Below, in pieces: positions 36,154 to 46,500 of a DNA stretch of 61,148 nt. The notes under the pieces are model-generated. The model was not told the origin of the DNA and made no database searches. It saw only the letters and a program-made list of their open reading frames with translations. Position numbers and translations under genes: made by a program. Source of the DNA: Alphaproteobacteria bacterium UBA3637 (lineage in GTDB: Bacteria > Pseudomonadota > Alphaproteobacteria > CAAHEQ01 > UBA3637); NCBI GenBank assembly GCA_002373615.1, contig DFKU01000050.1, forward strand, positions 1 through 61,148, read 5' to 3'. The number at the start of each line of letters is the position of its first letter. Position 1 is the first letter of the stretch.

Positions 36154-36228
36154 GGAAAATTTTCCTATAGTTATTTCTTGAACTTTTGTTAAAAATAAGA
36201 TACATTTTTATGCATAAAAGGAGGATTT

Positions 36229-36966
36229 ATGATTTTTAAAAATCTATCTATTTTTTGTTTAATTGCATTGGCGACACCCGCTTTTGCTGGCAATACTGAG
36301 ATTGCTTCATTTACAAAATCAAAAAAATTATTAACCAATGTTGTTTATGCAGGTCACAATGAAACCTTTTATTGTAAGGGACATTTTGATTTAAAGAACA
36401 ACATTATTTTGCCGGAAGGATTCCGGACACCCTCACATGAAAAACGGGCCTATAAATTGGAATGGGAACATGCTGTGCCGGCGGAAAACTTTGGGCGAGC
36501 TTTTGTTGAGTGGCGCGAAGGACACCCAGATTGCGTAGATTCCAAGGGGAAAGCCTTTAAGGGGCGCAAGTGTGCTGAAAAAATGAACAAAGAATTTCAA
36601 TTGATGCAGGCTGATATGCACAACCTGTATCCTGCCATCGGGGCGGTGAATGCCATTCGCAGTAATTTTCAATATGCAGAATTACCAACCACTGAAATCA
36701 CCTTTGGACAATGTCCCATGAAAATTGAGGGGAAAAAAGCTGAGCCCCCTGAATATACTAAAGGGGCTATCGCACGAACTTATCTTTATTTTGAAGAAGA
36801 ATACGCCCCTTTCCGCATGAGTAACACCCAAAAGAAAATGATGCAAGCGTGGGATAAAGTGCACCCCGTGGATGCTTGGGAATGTGAACGCGAACGCAGA
36901 ATTGAAAAGCTGCAAAAAAATGCCAATCGCTTTGTGAAAGAGGCATGTGAAAAAGCGGAACTATAG
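36229..36966 (+). CDS. endA: Periplasmic/extracellular endonuclease I family nuclease
   Basis: Signal peptide plus the EWEHAVPA and DMHNLYPAIGAVNAIRSNF motifs. Confidence 0.85.
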   Translation: MIFKNLSIFCLIALATPAFAGNTEIASFTKSKKLLTNVVYAGHNETFYCKGHFDLKNNIILPEGFRTPSHEKRAYKLEWEHAVPAENFGRAFVEWREGHPDCVDSKGKAFKGRKCAEKMNKEFQLMQADMHNLYPAIGAVNAIRSNFQYAELPTTEITFGQCPMKIEGKKAEPPEYTKGAIARTYLYFEEEYAPFRMSNTQKKMMQAWDKVHPVDAWECERERRIEKLQKNANRFVKEACEKAEL

Positions 36967-36975
36967 GAAGATAGT

Positions 36976-37398
36976 ATGCCTTATGAGTTAAAAAAAATAT
37001 CTGTCGTTTGCGTGATTGAAAAGGATGGAAAATTTTTATTTTTAAAACGTGCTCACACAGGCATGGCGGATGGTTTTTACATGTTGCCGGGCGGGCATGT
37101 GGAGGTTGGGGAATCCATACTGCATGCGGCAGCCCGCGAATTAAAAGAAGAACTGGGAATTACAGTCCGAGAAGAAGATTTGGAATTTAAATTGGTGGAG
37201 CCCATTAAAACACATATTACTTTCTTTTTTAGAGTGAAAAAGTATGAAGGAATACCCCAAAATATGGAACCTAAAAAACATGATGAAGTTGTCTTTTTAA
37301 GCACCGATCATCCTTTAATTCATCCTTTTTCAAAGAAGGAATTAGAATTGATAGAGCAAGGAATTTATTTTTTACCGAATGACACTTTTGATTTATAG
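36976..37398 (+). CDS. NUDIX hydrolase
   Basis: Nudix box GGHVEVGESILHAAARELKEELGI. Confidence 0.85.
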   Translation: MPYELKKISVVCVIEKDGKFLFLKRAHTGMADGFYMLPGGHVEVGESILHAAARELKEELGITVREEDLEFKLVEPIKTHITFFFRVKKYEGIPQNMEPKKHDEVVFLSTDHPLIHPFSKKELELIEQGIYFLPNDTFDL

Positions 37399-37406
37399 GA
37401 GGAAAC

Positions 37407-38243
37407 ATGAAAAACTTAATTCCAATGGCCATTTGTTATGATTTTGACGGGACCCTTTCCCCTGGGAATATGCAAGAATACGGGTGGATGAAGGCGTTAA
37501 ATATCAAAAAGCCAAAGACATTTTGGAAAAATGCCAATGATTTGGGATTGGCACAGGAAGCCGATGAAGTGGCTGCCTATATGTATCAAATGATGCGTGA
37601 AGCCCAAATGCATAACCAACTGATTCATCGGGCAACTTTGAAAAAGGCCGGAAAGGATATTGAACTGTTTAAGGGGGTTGCCACTTGGTTTAACCGAATC
37701 AACAAATATGCCGAAAAACAGGGCGTACAATTAAAGCATTATATTATCTCGTCAGGCCTCAAAGAAATGATTTCGGGAACACCGATAGCCAAAAACTTTG
37801 CCGAAATTTTTGCCTCCTCCTTTATGTATGATGCGCACGGAAATGCCCTGTGGCCTGCGGTAGTGTTGAATTATACCAGTAAGACGCAATTTGTCTTTCG
37901 CATCAATAAGGGCTGTGAAGATATTTGCGATCGGGAAGGTGTCAATGCCTATGTCCCCACAAAGGAAAGAGCTGTTCCTTTTTCGCACATGATTTACGTG
38001 GGGGATGGTGATACAGATATTCCCTGTATGCAGATTATTCGCCGGCATAACGGGCATGCGATTGCGGTTTATAATCCGGACAAAAAAGGCGCCAAAAAGA
38101 AAGTGGAACATTTAATTACCGACAGGCGCGTCAATATTATTGCCCCTGGGGATTATTCAGCAAACAGCCCCATTGACAAATATATCAAAGCCATTATTGA
38201 TAAAATCAAAGCGGTGCACGTATTGCAAGAGTTGGAGAAATAA
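37407..38243 (+). CDS. HAD-superfamily hydrolase-like protein
   Basis: Motif I YDFDGTL and motif IV YVGDGDTD. Confidence 0.65.
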   Translation: MKNLIPMAICYDFDGTLSPGNMQEYGWMKALNIKKPKTFWKNANDLGLAQEADEVAAYMYQMMREAQMHNQLIHRATLKKAGKDIELFKGVATWFNRINKYAEKQGVQLKHYIISSGLKEMISGTPIAKNFAEIFASSFMYDAHGNALWPAVVLNYTSKTQFVFRINKGCEDICDREGVNAYVPTKERAVPFSHMIYVGDGDTDIPCMQIIRRHNGHAIAVYNPDKKGAKKKVEHLITDRRVNIIAPGDYSANSPIDKYIKAIIDKIKAVHVLQELEK

Positions 38244-38251
38244 TTTTTAAT

Positions 38252-38500
38252 TTGCAATTCAAATAAAAATAAAATATAATGTCTTCGTTCGGATCGACCG
38301 TCCGAACTGAGGGAGTAGTAGCCCAAAAATATAGGCGAAAGAAGAATATTCTTTTGTTTGGCATTCACTTCTAAAGTGGAAAATTAAAAACTATCTTTAG
38401 GGTGGATGCCTACCGAATAAGGGTATCTGCCTGAATAAGTAGGGCTATTTCCTATGTTTTAGCTACTAACATCCACTCACTTTAACAGGTGAGTTTTTTT
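38252..38500 (+). ncRNA. Promoter plus structured RNA (copy D of the leader family) ending in a strong intrinsic terminator
   Basis: TTGCAA(38252-57)-17 nt-TATAAT(38275-80). Hairpins GTTCGGA/TCCGAAC, GGG..GCCC and AAGAA/TTCTT. GGGTGGATG(38400-08) pairs with CATCCAC(38470-76), enclosing CCTAC-CGAATAA-GG..CC-TGAATAA-GTAGG. Terminator ACTCAC-N8-GTGAGT plus T7 (38475-38500). Confidence 0.55.
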
Positions 38501-38506
38501 GTAATC

Positions 38507-38571
38507 CGTCATTGCGAGGGCTTTAGCCCGTGGCAATCTGATGAGATTGCTTCACTATCGTTCGCAATGAC
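38507..38571. mobile_element. Palindromic MITE-like repeat
   Basis: CGTCATTGCGAGG...GGCAATCTGATGAGATTGC...TTCGCAATGAC. The two halves are inverted repeats around TGATGA. Confidence 0.6.
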
Positions 38572-38586
38572 AAGAAAGGAGTGAAC

Positions 38587-39057
38587 ATGGAAAAAGTATG
38601 TGTATTTTTTGGTCACAGATTGATACCCAATTCCCAAGAAATTGAGCCACAACTAAAACGCGTGGTTCGGGAGTTGATTAAAGATGGCTTTAATACTTTT
38701 TGGTTGGGTGGGTATGGTGATTTTGACCAATTGGCGCAAAAAGTGACATGGGAATTAAAAAAAGAGTTTCCCTATATTCAACGTGTATTGGCTTTGGCGT
38801 ATTTACCCACGAACAAAGAAGACTATCAATTTAAAAGCCTGTATTATGATATGATGTTTTATCCTGAAGGCGTGGAACTGGGCCCCAAAAAATTCGCAAT
38901 TACCAAGCGCAACCGATACATGGTAGAAAATGCAGATGTGGTGGTGGCCTATGTGAACGCTGAAACAGGGGGGGCAGCGTATGCCTTAAAATACGCAAAA
39001 AAGTTAAATAAAAAAGTGATTGAATTAAAGCCCGATGGACCCAGAGAAAGAAATTGA
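38587..39057 (+). CDS. SLOG-fold / DUF1273-like protein
   Basis: VCVFFGHR......WLGGYGDFD...YMVENADVVVAY fits the DUF1273 (YoqJ/SLOG) pattern. RBS AAAGGAG before the ATG at 38587. Confidence 0.55.
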   Translation: MEKVCVFFGHRLIPNSQEIEPQLKRVVRELIKDGFNTFWLGGYGDFDQLAQKVTWELKKEFPYIQRVLALAYLPTNKEDYQFKSLYYDMMFYPEGVELGPKKFAITKRNRYMVENADVVVAYVNAETGGAAYALKYAKKLNKKVIELKPDGPRERN

Positions 39058-39082
39058 CATTTAAGGGGTTTTGTGGTATAAT
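39054..39082 (+). promoter_or_regulatory. Consensus sigma-70 promoter placed for a leaderless U32 peptidase mRNA
   Basis: TTGACA(39054-59)-17 nt-TGG-TATAAT(39077-82). The ATG at 39090 lies only 7 nt after the -10 element. Confidence 0.5.
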
Positions 39083-39089
39083 TTGGGAT

Positions 39090-41342
39090 ATGCAAAAACC
39101 TGAATTATTGGCGCCTGCGGGCGATTTAGAGGCCGGATATGCTGCCCTATATTATGGAGCAGATGCAGTGTATTTAGGCTTAAAAGCCTTTTCGGCACGG
39201 GCCAGCGCCACCAACTTTTCCCCCGAGGAACTGAACGAATTTACCGCCTATGCGCACCATTTAAAGCGTAAAGTGTATGTCACCATCAACACGCTGGTGC
39301 AGGAAAAGGAACTGGCTGATTTATTGGCCACCTTGGATGTGTGTTCTGCGTGTCAGGTGGATGGGATTATTTTACAAGATTTAGGTGTCGCACGGATTAT
39401 CAAAGAAAGCTATCCGGAATTGGCCTTACACGCCAGCACACAAATGGCGGTACATAATAAAGAGGGGGCGTTAGCGTTGCAAAAAGCGGGCTTTTCACGG
39501 GTTGTTTTGGCGCGCGAACTCACTCTATCCGAAATCAAAGAAATTGCCGAAATTCCTGGGTTAGAAACCGAAGCCTTTATTCATGGGGCACTGTGTTATT
39601 GTTATAGCGGATTGTGTTTGTTTTCATCCATGGAACAGGGGCGCAGTGCCAATCGCGGCAAATGTGCGTATCCTTGCAGAGCCCTCTTTAAACGGGGCGA
39701 AAAAGAAGCGCACTTTTTTTCCATGAAAGACATGGCGTTGCAAGAGGAAGTGTTAAAATTGCCCGTCACCTCGCTTAAAATAGAAGGACGCAAGAAAAAA
39801 GCCCTGTATGTGGCGGCAGTCACCGACTATTATCGGCGGATTTTGGATAAGGGGAAAGCCGATCCTAAACGCGCCGAAAATATTCGCCAAATCTTCTCGC
39901 GTCCTTGGACAAAATTCCGCCTGCATGGCAAAAATACCGAGGTGGTGGACAACGATTTTGTGGGGCATCGCGGATTAGAAATCGGAAAAGTGGAAAAGGT
40001 CTATCACAACACTTTAATCTTTACACCCAATCATGCAGTCGCGCGCTTTGATGGGATTCAAATTGATGTGGCAGGTTCCGAAAAACCTTTTGGCTTTTCT
40101 GTGCAGGAAATGCGCGTTAAAAACAAAAATGTGTTTGAGGTAAAGGCCGGCGAAAAAGTGGAAATCAAACTGCCCCCAAAATCCCCCTTTATTGAGGCAG
40201 GACAAGTGGTATATTTGGCCTCCTCCAGCGAGGTCAAGGGAACCTATAAATTCACCACCCCCAAACCCCATGAATATAAAAACAGGATTTCTGTACCGGT
40301 GGAAGTTATTTTGAATGCAAAAGAAATTGTGGCAAAATCAGGGAAAACAGAAGTACGTTTGACGGGTGATTTTAGTCCGGCGCAAAACCCAGAAAAAATG
40401 AATGAGGCCGTAAAAAGCGCATTTCTAAAATTTAAGGATACCGCCTTTTTGCCCAACATTACAATCAAAAATAACCCGCCTGTTTTTGTGCCGATGTCCA
40501 TATTAAACCAGTTGCGGCGTGAGCTTTATGACAAAATTGAAATAACCCCCAAAAAAGGCGTATTGCCAAAAACTGAAACGCGCGCCCTGCCCCCAAAAGC
40601 AAAATGGATTTTAAAAACAGATGATTTAGAAAAAATGAAAGGCGTGGATTTAACGGATTTTTCGGAAATCATTATTGTTTTAACAGAAGATTTGGATTTA
40701 GATAAGCTGGCAAAATTCCCAAAAGAAAAAGTGCGCTTTGCCCTACCCACATGGTGTTTGAATCCTTTTCACATAAAGAAAAAAATAAGGGACGTTTGGG
40801 AAGTGGGCTACACCCGATTTGAAATTGGGAATGTCTGGGGGCTGGAAGCCTTACCAAAAGGCGCCGAAATCACCGCAGATGCCAGCCTTTATATGATGAA
40901 TTCTGAAGCAATAGAGCAGGCCAAAGAATGGGGCTTAAAACGCATTACTTTATCGGTGGAAGATACTTTGGAAAATTTGAAAACTGTGGCAGAAAAATCA
41001 GCTTTGCCCTGTGTGCTGACTGTGTATCAAGATGTGCCCCTTTTCCAGAGTGTGAATTGTTTAACGCGCCATTGTGCCGTGTGTCAGAAGCGGGAATGCC
41101 GTATGCGCCTTACCCGTAACGGACAGATTTATCATGTGTGGACGAAAGATTGTCAAACAACCATTTTTAATGATAAGCCTTTTTATATTGGTAAAGAACG
41201 GGAACAAATGGCGGCAGATTTTTATCGCATAGATTTTGTGAATCGCCCCTACACCCCCGAACAAGTTTCAGAGATTATTCAAAAAGTGCGCTCTGAAGAA
41301 AACATCCCCGGCCTATCAGGAAACTTAAAAAAAGAGATTTAA
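39090..41342 (+). CDS. Peptidase U32 family protein (long form)
   Basis: PELLAPAGDLEAGYAALYYGADAVYLG...HASTQM...EAFIHGALCYCYSGLC...SANRG.C...CR is the U32 signature. It has a long C-terminal extension. Confidence 0.85.
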   Translation: MQKPELLAPAGDLEAGYAALYYGADAVYLGLKAFSARASATNFSPEELNEFTAYAHHLKRKVYVTINTLVQEKELADLLATLDVCSACQVDGIILQDLGVARIIKESYPELALHASTQMAVHNKEGALALQKAGFSRVVLARELTLSEIKEIAEIPGLETEAFIHGALCYCYSGLCLFSSMEQGRSANRGKCAYPCRALFKRGEKEAHFFSMKDMALQEEVLKLPVTSLKIEGRKKKALYVAAVTDYYRRILDKGKADPKRAENIRQIFSRPWTKFRLHGKNTEVVDNDFVGHRGLEIGKVEKVYHNTLIFTPNHAVARFDGIQIDVAGSEKPFGFSVQEMRVKNKNVFEVKAGEKVEIKLPPKSPFIEAGQVVYLASSSEVKGTYKFTTPKPHEYKNRISVPVEVILNAKEIVAKSGKTEVRLTGDFSPAQNPEKMNEAVKSAFLKFKDTAFLPNITIKNNPPVFVPMSILNQLRRELYDKIEITPKKGVLPKTETRALPPKAKWILKTDDLEKMKGVDLTDFSEIIIVLTEDLDLDKLAKFPKEKVRFALPTWCLNPFHIKKKIRDVWEVGYTRFEIGNVWGLEALPKGAEITADASLYMMNSEAIEQAKEWGLKRITLSVEDTLENLKTVAEKSALPCVLTVYQDVPLFQSVNCLTRHCAVCQKRECRMRLTRNGQIYHVWTKDCQTTIFNDKPFYIGKEREQMAADFYRIDFVNRPYTPEQVSEIIQKVRSEENIPGLSGNLKKEI

Positions 41343-41346
41343 AAGA

Positions 41347-41367
41347 TCCCCACCGAATTAGTGGGGA
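41347..41367 (+). terminator. Hairpin terminator after the U32 gene
   Basis: TCCCCAC-CGAATTA-GTGGGGA. Confidence 0.5.
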
Positions 41368-41513
41368 GGATTATTTTGTAAAAATCTCCCCCAATGTACC
41401 ATAAAAGATATTTTTTGTCAATTTTTATAAGACAAAAAACTTTTTTATAATTCTTGCACTTTTGGGGGATTTTAGGGTAATAGTTAAATCCCCTTTTTGT
41501 TGTTCAAAAAAGT

Positions 41514-41984
41514 TTATTTTTCCACAACTTCCCCGTTATCCAAGCCCCAAAGGCCAGAGCGGGGGAACCATCCTTTTTTGGTATGGTTTTCATCTGAGAC
41601 AGTAATTTTACAGTACCGACCCTGCGGGCATTCTTCCAGACGGGCAATTACCCCCGGTTGCACAATGGCCACAGGGTAAGATTCCGGATCATTCTTTTTT
41701 AAAAGAGACTCTTCCTTTTCCACAATCGCAAAGCGCGCTTTTTTCAGCATGTTTTGGTGTACCCATCCTACAGTACCTTCTTTATCACGCACTTGACGCC
41801 AAATTTCAAAGGTATCTAACACCTCCACTGGATAATTTTTTTCTTGATACACCCACAAAATCGGAAACCTTTCCCCAGGACCAGTCCGCATGTTGACTTT
41901 GTCATATTTCAAAGAGGCATACTCGGTTGCGTATCCCCCGAAAGACAAAAGCATAACAAATAAAAATACGCTCTTATTCATCAT
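41514..41984 (-). CDS. Secreted tandem SH3-like domain protein (alphaproteobacterial DUF1058/COG3807 type)
   Basis: The start MMNKSVFLFVMLLSFGGYA at 41984 is a signal peptide. ...VNMRTGPGERFPILWVYQEKNYPVEVL..WRQVRDKEGTVGWVH... is an SH3_3-like motif. Confidence 0.65.
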   Translation of the reverse strand: MMNKSVFLFVMLLSFGGYATEYASLKYDKVNMRTGPGERFPILWVYQEKNYPVEVLDTFEIWRQVRDKEGTVGWVHQNMLKKARFAIVEKEESLLKKNDPESYPVAIVQPGVIARLEECPQGRYCKITVSDENHTKKGWFPRSGLWGLDNGEVVEK

Positions 41985-42510
41985 CTTTTTTATACCTATC
42001 CCGAATCGAACGCGTCCCCCGTCTGGACGAGGGTTCCAGCGCTTTAAATTCATCCTCTTCTTCTGATTCATCCAATAAAATTTCATCTGTAGATGTTTTA
42101 TTGGTTTGAACCTGACGTTCAACCTCTTGCCACGCCACTTGTACGGCAGGAAAAATCACCAACTGCGCACATACAACTCCACGGTGTAAAACGTAATCAG
42201 ACGTAGAAGTATTACGTAAAAGGACAAACAAAGGCCCTCGTTCAGCCGGATGCAAAATACTGGGGGCATCCGATACAACGATCCCTTCTTTTCTGGCCAA
42301 TTTGGGCAAACTCACAACCTGACCACAATAACCATTGGGAATCCCTATAGCAAACCCCACAGGCACATAGGCACGTTCCCCCGGTTTCAATCTGACTGGG
42401 GCAGAAACCGCAGCTTGCAAAGTTAAAGCAATATGATCCTTGGATTCATAGCTGGGAAGAGGCAAACCTTCCCCATCTGACGTTCGACAAATGTAAAGTG
42501 TTGGTACCAT
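41974..42510 (-). CDS. dUTPase-fold protein with degenerate catalytic motifs
   Basis: Alignable by eye to Dut (PLPSYESKD..., ...GIVV..., ...VCAQLVIFP). Motifs I, II, III and V are replaced (IALTL, LPKLA, SILHPAERG, no GGFGS). The ATG at 42510 has RBS GGGGGA and lies 10 nt after the virB11 stop. Confidence 0.6.
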   Translation of the reverse strand: MVPTLYICRTSDGEGLPLPSYESKDHIALTLQAAVSAPVRLKPGERAYVPVGFAIGIPNGYCGQVVSLPKLARKEGIVVSDAPSILHPAERGPLFVLLRNTSTSDYVLHRGVVCAQLVIFPAVQVAWQEVERQVQTNKTSTDEILLDESEEEDEFKALEPSSRRGTRSIRDRYKKDDE

Positions 42511-42520
42511 TTTTCCCCCT

Positions 42521-43522
42521 TTAAGTAATTTCTGTAATTGCGCGAATATTCCCATTACGATTAATTTGAACAACGCGCAATTTATCCTTCATTTCTTTAA
42601 AAAGTTTTTCTTCTTCTGAACCAGAAAAACTTTGGTGATTACTTTCGGCAATACGCCCGATAAAAGCACGATAGGCTTCATTTGGGTCCGCTGCATGAAT
42701 AGTAGCAAAACAGTTTTCATGTCCCGAATTCATCAGCTTCCAAATGGCATTCGCATTCGTTGTGGAAATTTCCCCCCCCAAAATCGCATCCGGCGTAAAA
42801 CGTACCACCAAATCAATCACATTCGCATAAGTAAAAGTATTTGTGGCTTCAGTACGAGAAACAACCAAGTGAACATGATTCGGTTGCTTTACAATCAATT
42901 CGCGGGTATCTTCAATGGTAATGATACGCTTATGTTCATCCAATAACTTAATCATATTATTCAAAAAAGTCGTTTTACCTGTAGCCGTTGCCCCGCTGAT
43001 CAAGATATTATCCCCCCGCTGAATGGATAAAACCAGACGTTCATAGGGGTCATCAGGATCTTCCACATCTTTTAATCTATTCAGTTGACGTAACCGTCCC
43101 CCTTGTGTTAAACCGAATTGTTCCATACCAATATCCAGATCTTCACGATACACACGAATGGCCATGGCAATACCACCCGTCAAATCATCATTATCGTACA
43201 TAACGTTCCGACCCGCTATCCCAGAAAAACGATGTCCGCCGGGAAGTGCTGCAAACACCACAGGCACCCCACCAACAGGATCATAGGCTAAGTCATAGGT
43301 GTTAGCAATGATGTACATAATATCATTCAAATATTCACGAGTCAGTTTTGGATCTTCATAATAATGCCACGGATGAGCATGTTTTCCCCTGAGACGCAGC
43401 CATATTCCCCCCGGATTATCTATTGCCACTTCTTCCACATTATCTTGGGAATACCAATAGGAAAGCGGCCGAAGGGTCATTTCTAAAACTTTATAGGTAT
43501 CTGTGATTGAAAGGGTACTCAT
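42521..43522 (-). CDS. virB11: Type IV secretion ATPase VirB11
   Basis: Walker A GATATGKTT, Asp box IITIEDTREL, Walker B PDAILGGEI, His box GHENCFATIHA. Confidence 0.9.
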   Translation of the reverse strand: MSTLSITDTYKVLEMTLRPLSYWYSQDNVEEVAIDNPGGIWLRLRGKHAHPWHYYEDPKLTREYLNDIMYIIANTYDLAYDPVGGVPVVFAALPGGHRFSGIAGRNVMYDNDDLTGGIAMAIRVYREDLDIGMEQFGLTQGGRLRQLNRLKDVEDPDDPYERLVLSIQRGDNILISGATATGKTTFLNNMIKLLDEHKRIITIEDTRELIVKQPNHVHLVVSRTEATNTFTYANVIDLVVRFTPDAILGGEISTTNANAIWKLMNSGHENCFATIHAADPNEAYRAFIGRIAESNHQSFSGSEEEKLFKEMKDKLRVVQINRNGNIRAITEIT

Positions 43523-43531
43523 CGTTTTCCT

Positions 43532-46500
43532 TTAAAAAAGAGGTTTGTCTTCCAATGGTACCGGTGCCACTTTTCGATCTGAAATATCCGGCATACGATC
43601 AGTGCCATCATAAATGGGCGTTTCCATTTCTTGTTGATTATTGGAAGGGATATCGGTATTAGAGGAAGCTGGCATTTTTTCATCCTGTTCTGAACGACGT
43701 TGTTGCGTCCATGAATTTATTCCCTGAGGTGTCTTGGCTTGGTATTCCGAATCGTCCTCTTCTTTCGGAGGATTTTTGTCCATATAATCCGCATCATCTT
43801 CTGGGGTTCGCAACCATAAATCCTGAGAAGGGAAGACGGTTAACCGAGTTCCTGAAGGAACAAAAATGACAGGAGGTGTTTGCTGAGCTTTAGCAATCAT
43901 ATCATCCAAAATATCACCTATTTTTTCGATGAATTGCTTGCGCGCATCATTCATTGCTTGAGAACGTTGAGACATTGTTTGAGATTGCGTTTGTTGTCCT
44001 GTTTGCATATTTGTTTGAACAGTCACTTCTTCATTCGTCGCCATTAAATATGAAACCGCAGAACTTGCCAGTGTAGACAAAACGGATGTCCCATATTTAT
44101 TCCATAACTGTTCATCCAAGTAGGCAGCGACCCCACCGCGCCCTTGTGCGTCCCCTGAATTTGATCCAGACAGATCGAAAGCAGAACCATCAGGTCGAAT
44201 TAACCGATTCCAAGAAATCTGAAGCTTTGCAACCCCATTGACTGCATTTTCACCTTCACCCCCAAATGTTCCAATTAAACGACTTCCTGCGGGAATTAAG
44301 ATATTGCGTCCTTCTTCCCCATAAATGTTTGTTTCAACGATCGCAATTGCAGGCACATCCGAATACCTGGAATCGATAGAACGCGCCAAAACTGCCGGAA
44401 TCGCCTTCCCCTGCAGGACAACATGTGTCATATCAACCGGCCAAGTGGAAATGGATTTTCCACTCACCCCGGCCTTTGTCCAATCTTTATCTTTTTTAGG
44501 TTTCGCCATTTCTTTTATTTTTGCAGAAATTTTAAGCGTACCAGCCCCACGTTCCCTTTGCGTTTTCATACCTTGACGACGTTTGTTAATTTTATCCGTA
44601 AAATCATCAATCTGTGCTTGCGTTGGTTTAAATGGCGTATGAATATCGGGACGTTCTCTGTTCCCAGAAACAGGATCCGACATTACCTTGTTATCCCATG
44701 TATAAGGACGTCCATCATCCCCTAAATATCCAATAATCATTCCACTTTCATCGGTTATCGTCCCATCTGAATTAACCATATAGGTGTTTGACCCAATATT
44801 GATAGCACGCGCAGGCCTATTTGATTTTCCCATACCAGACATACCACATTGCTTTAACAGTACAGAAACATCGATACCGCGAAAACTTTCAACATAGTTT
44901 CCATCTGGCGTAAAAACTTGCCCATCAGGGGTTACTGTATAAATCAAATCCCCATTTTCATCCCGCAATGTTCCATCAGCCATCAATGAAGCAATCTTTT
45001 GACCATCATATCCAACTAAATCACACCCAGAAAGGTACCCCAGGCCAGGAACATACGAGGTATGAATATCTGGCAGAGAATTACCCCATGGATCTGTGAG
45101 TTGCCCCTTTGGTGGCACAACAAATATGGGTTCTCCATTGGTTCCTTTCACTATATCATCACCTCCTTGGATATATTTTACAACACCCTCAGAATCTGAA
45201 AAAATGGTATTTTGTCCACCAACATTTATCCCTATTTTGTTCCCATTCCAATCATAAGCCGTACCAGATTCATCCACTTGACCAATATTACTTTCCCCAT
45301 TATAAATACTCCCATCTGAACGGGTCCAACCGATAATATTACCTTTCTCATCAATAATTACACCGCGTTCAACAATCGTACATAATTTTTCCCCGTTTGG
45401 TGCCAACATCTCACCAGAATTTGTGGCACACCCGATTTCAACCCCATTCAAATCCACCACAGTTGAATCAGGGAGGGTTCTCCCCATCAGTTGCTTCCCC
45501 GAAATACAGGGTTCATTATTTCTGACAACACGTCCTATTTTGGAACCATTGGCATCCACTGCCCACATATCACGTCCAATCCGCCCCACAACGGAACCTT
45601 GACCATTGATCACACGACCGTCATAAGCCGTTTGACCAACAATTTTACAATCATTGACCACTAATCCTTCCGGAATTAAAAAACCTTGAATACGTAGTTC
45701 ATCAATTTCTGACTCTGCATCATTCAACCGAACAAGTCCTGCATTGTCCACGCGCCCATGAACCTCCCCTTGATAAGAGATAACAGTCCCATCATAAGAG
45801 GCAATGCCCATTACATCCCCATCATTACTAACAGCGGACATAATCGGGAAAACACGCGCCACAACAGGGGGCTTTTGACCTGATTTATTTACAACATAAG
45901 CATTATCTGTGATACGGAATAATTTTTTAGCAGCATTATCAACAACATCCCCCAGGATGGTTGTACGTCCCAAAACTTTAAAACCTTGATTAAGTCCGAT
46001 CGGAAGGCCTTGTTGAACTGTATGACCTGCATAAGGCATACTGTTAAAGACAGCTTTTTCAGGCACACCTGCTACCGATCCATCCGGTAAAACACGCCCC
46101 GCAAAAACATTTTTATCCCCAACTATGGTGCCATCCACCGTAGAAACAACCCCATAATACGTTCCAATATCATCTACAATTCCCCCATTTGGCATAGTAT
46201 TTCCCAGCCACATATTGTCTGTTGAAAGCGCTGATCTGAAAGCCATTTTATTTCCAATTTGAATCCCTGATTTATAAACAGCCGCTGTTCCAGAAGTCAC
46301 CCCTGCAAAACTCCCACGTTTGTCAATGAATACATTAGGAGCATAAATACCTCCCATTAATTCCCCATTCGGAGAATAAACCAAGCCCGTCCCCGTCACA
46401 ATAGCTGTTTTTTTACCCGCTTTATAAATTTGTCCATCAGAAGCAACTGTACCAATCATCCCCAAGGTGGGCGTGATCGCCGCCCCAGAAGAAACCATTC

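Noticed and set aside
41514-42122. The long 202-aa version of the SH3-like ORF.
   Set aside because: The first 46 codons overlap the dUTPase-like gene out of frame. A signal peptide starts at the MM at 41984/41981.
41974-42573. Annotating this ORF as a functional dUTPase (dut), and using the long ORF-track start at 42573.
   Set aside because: Catalytic motifs I, II, III and V are not conserved. The upstream 21 codons overlap virB11 and lack an RBS, whereas the ATG at 42510 has GGGGGA.
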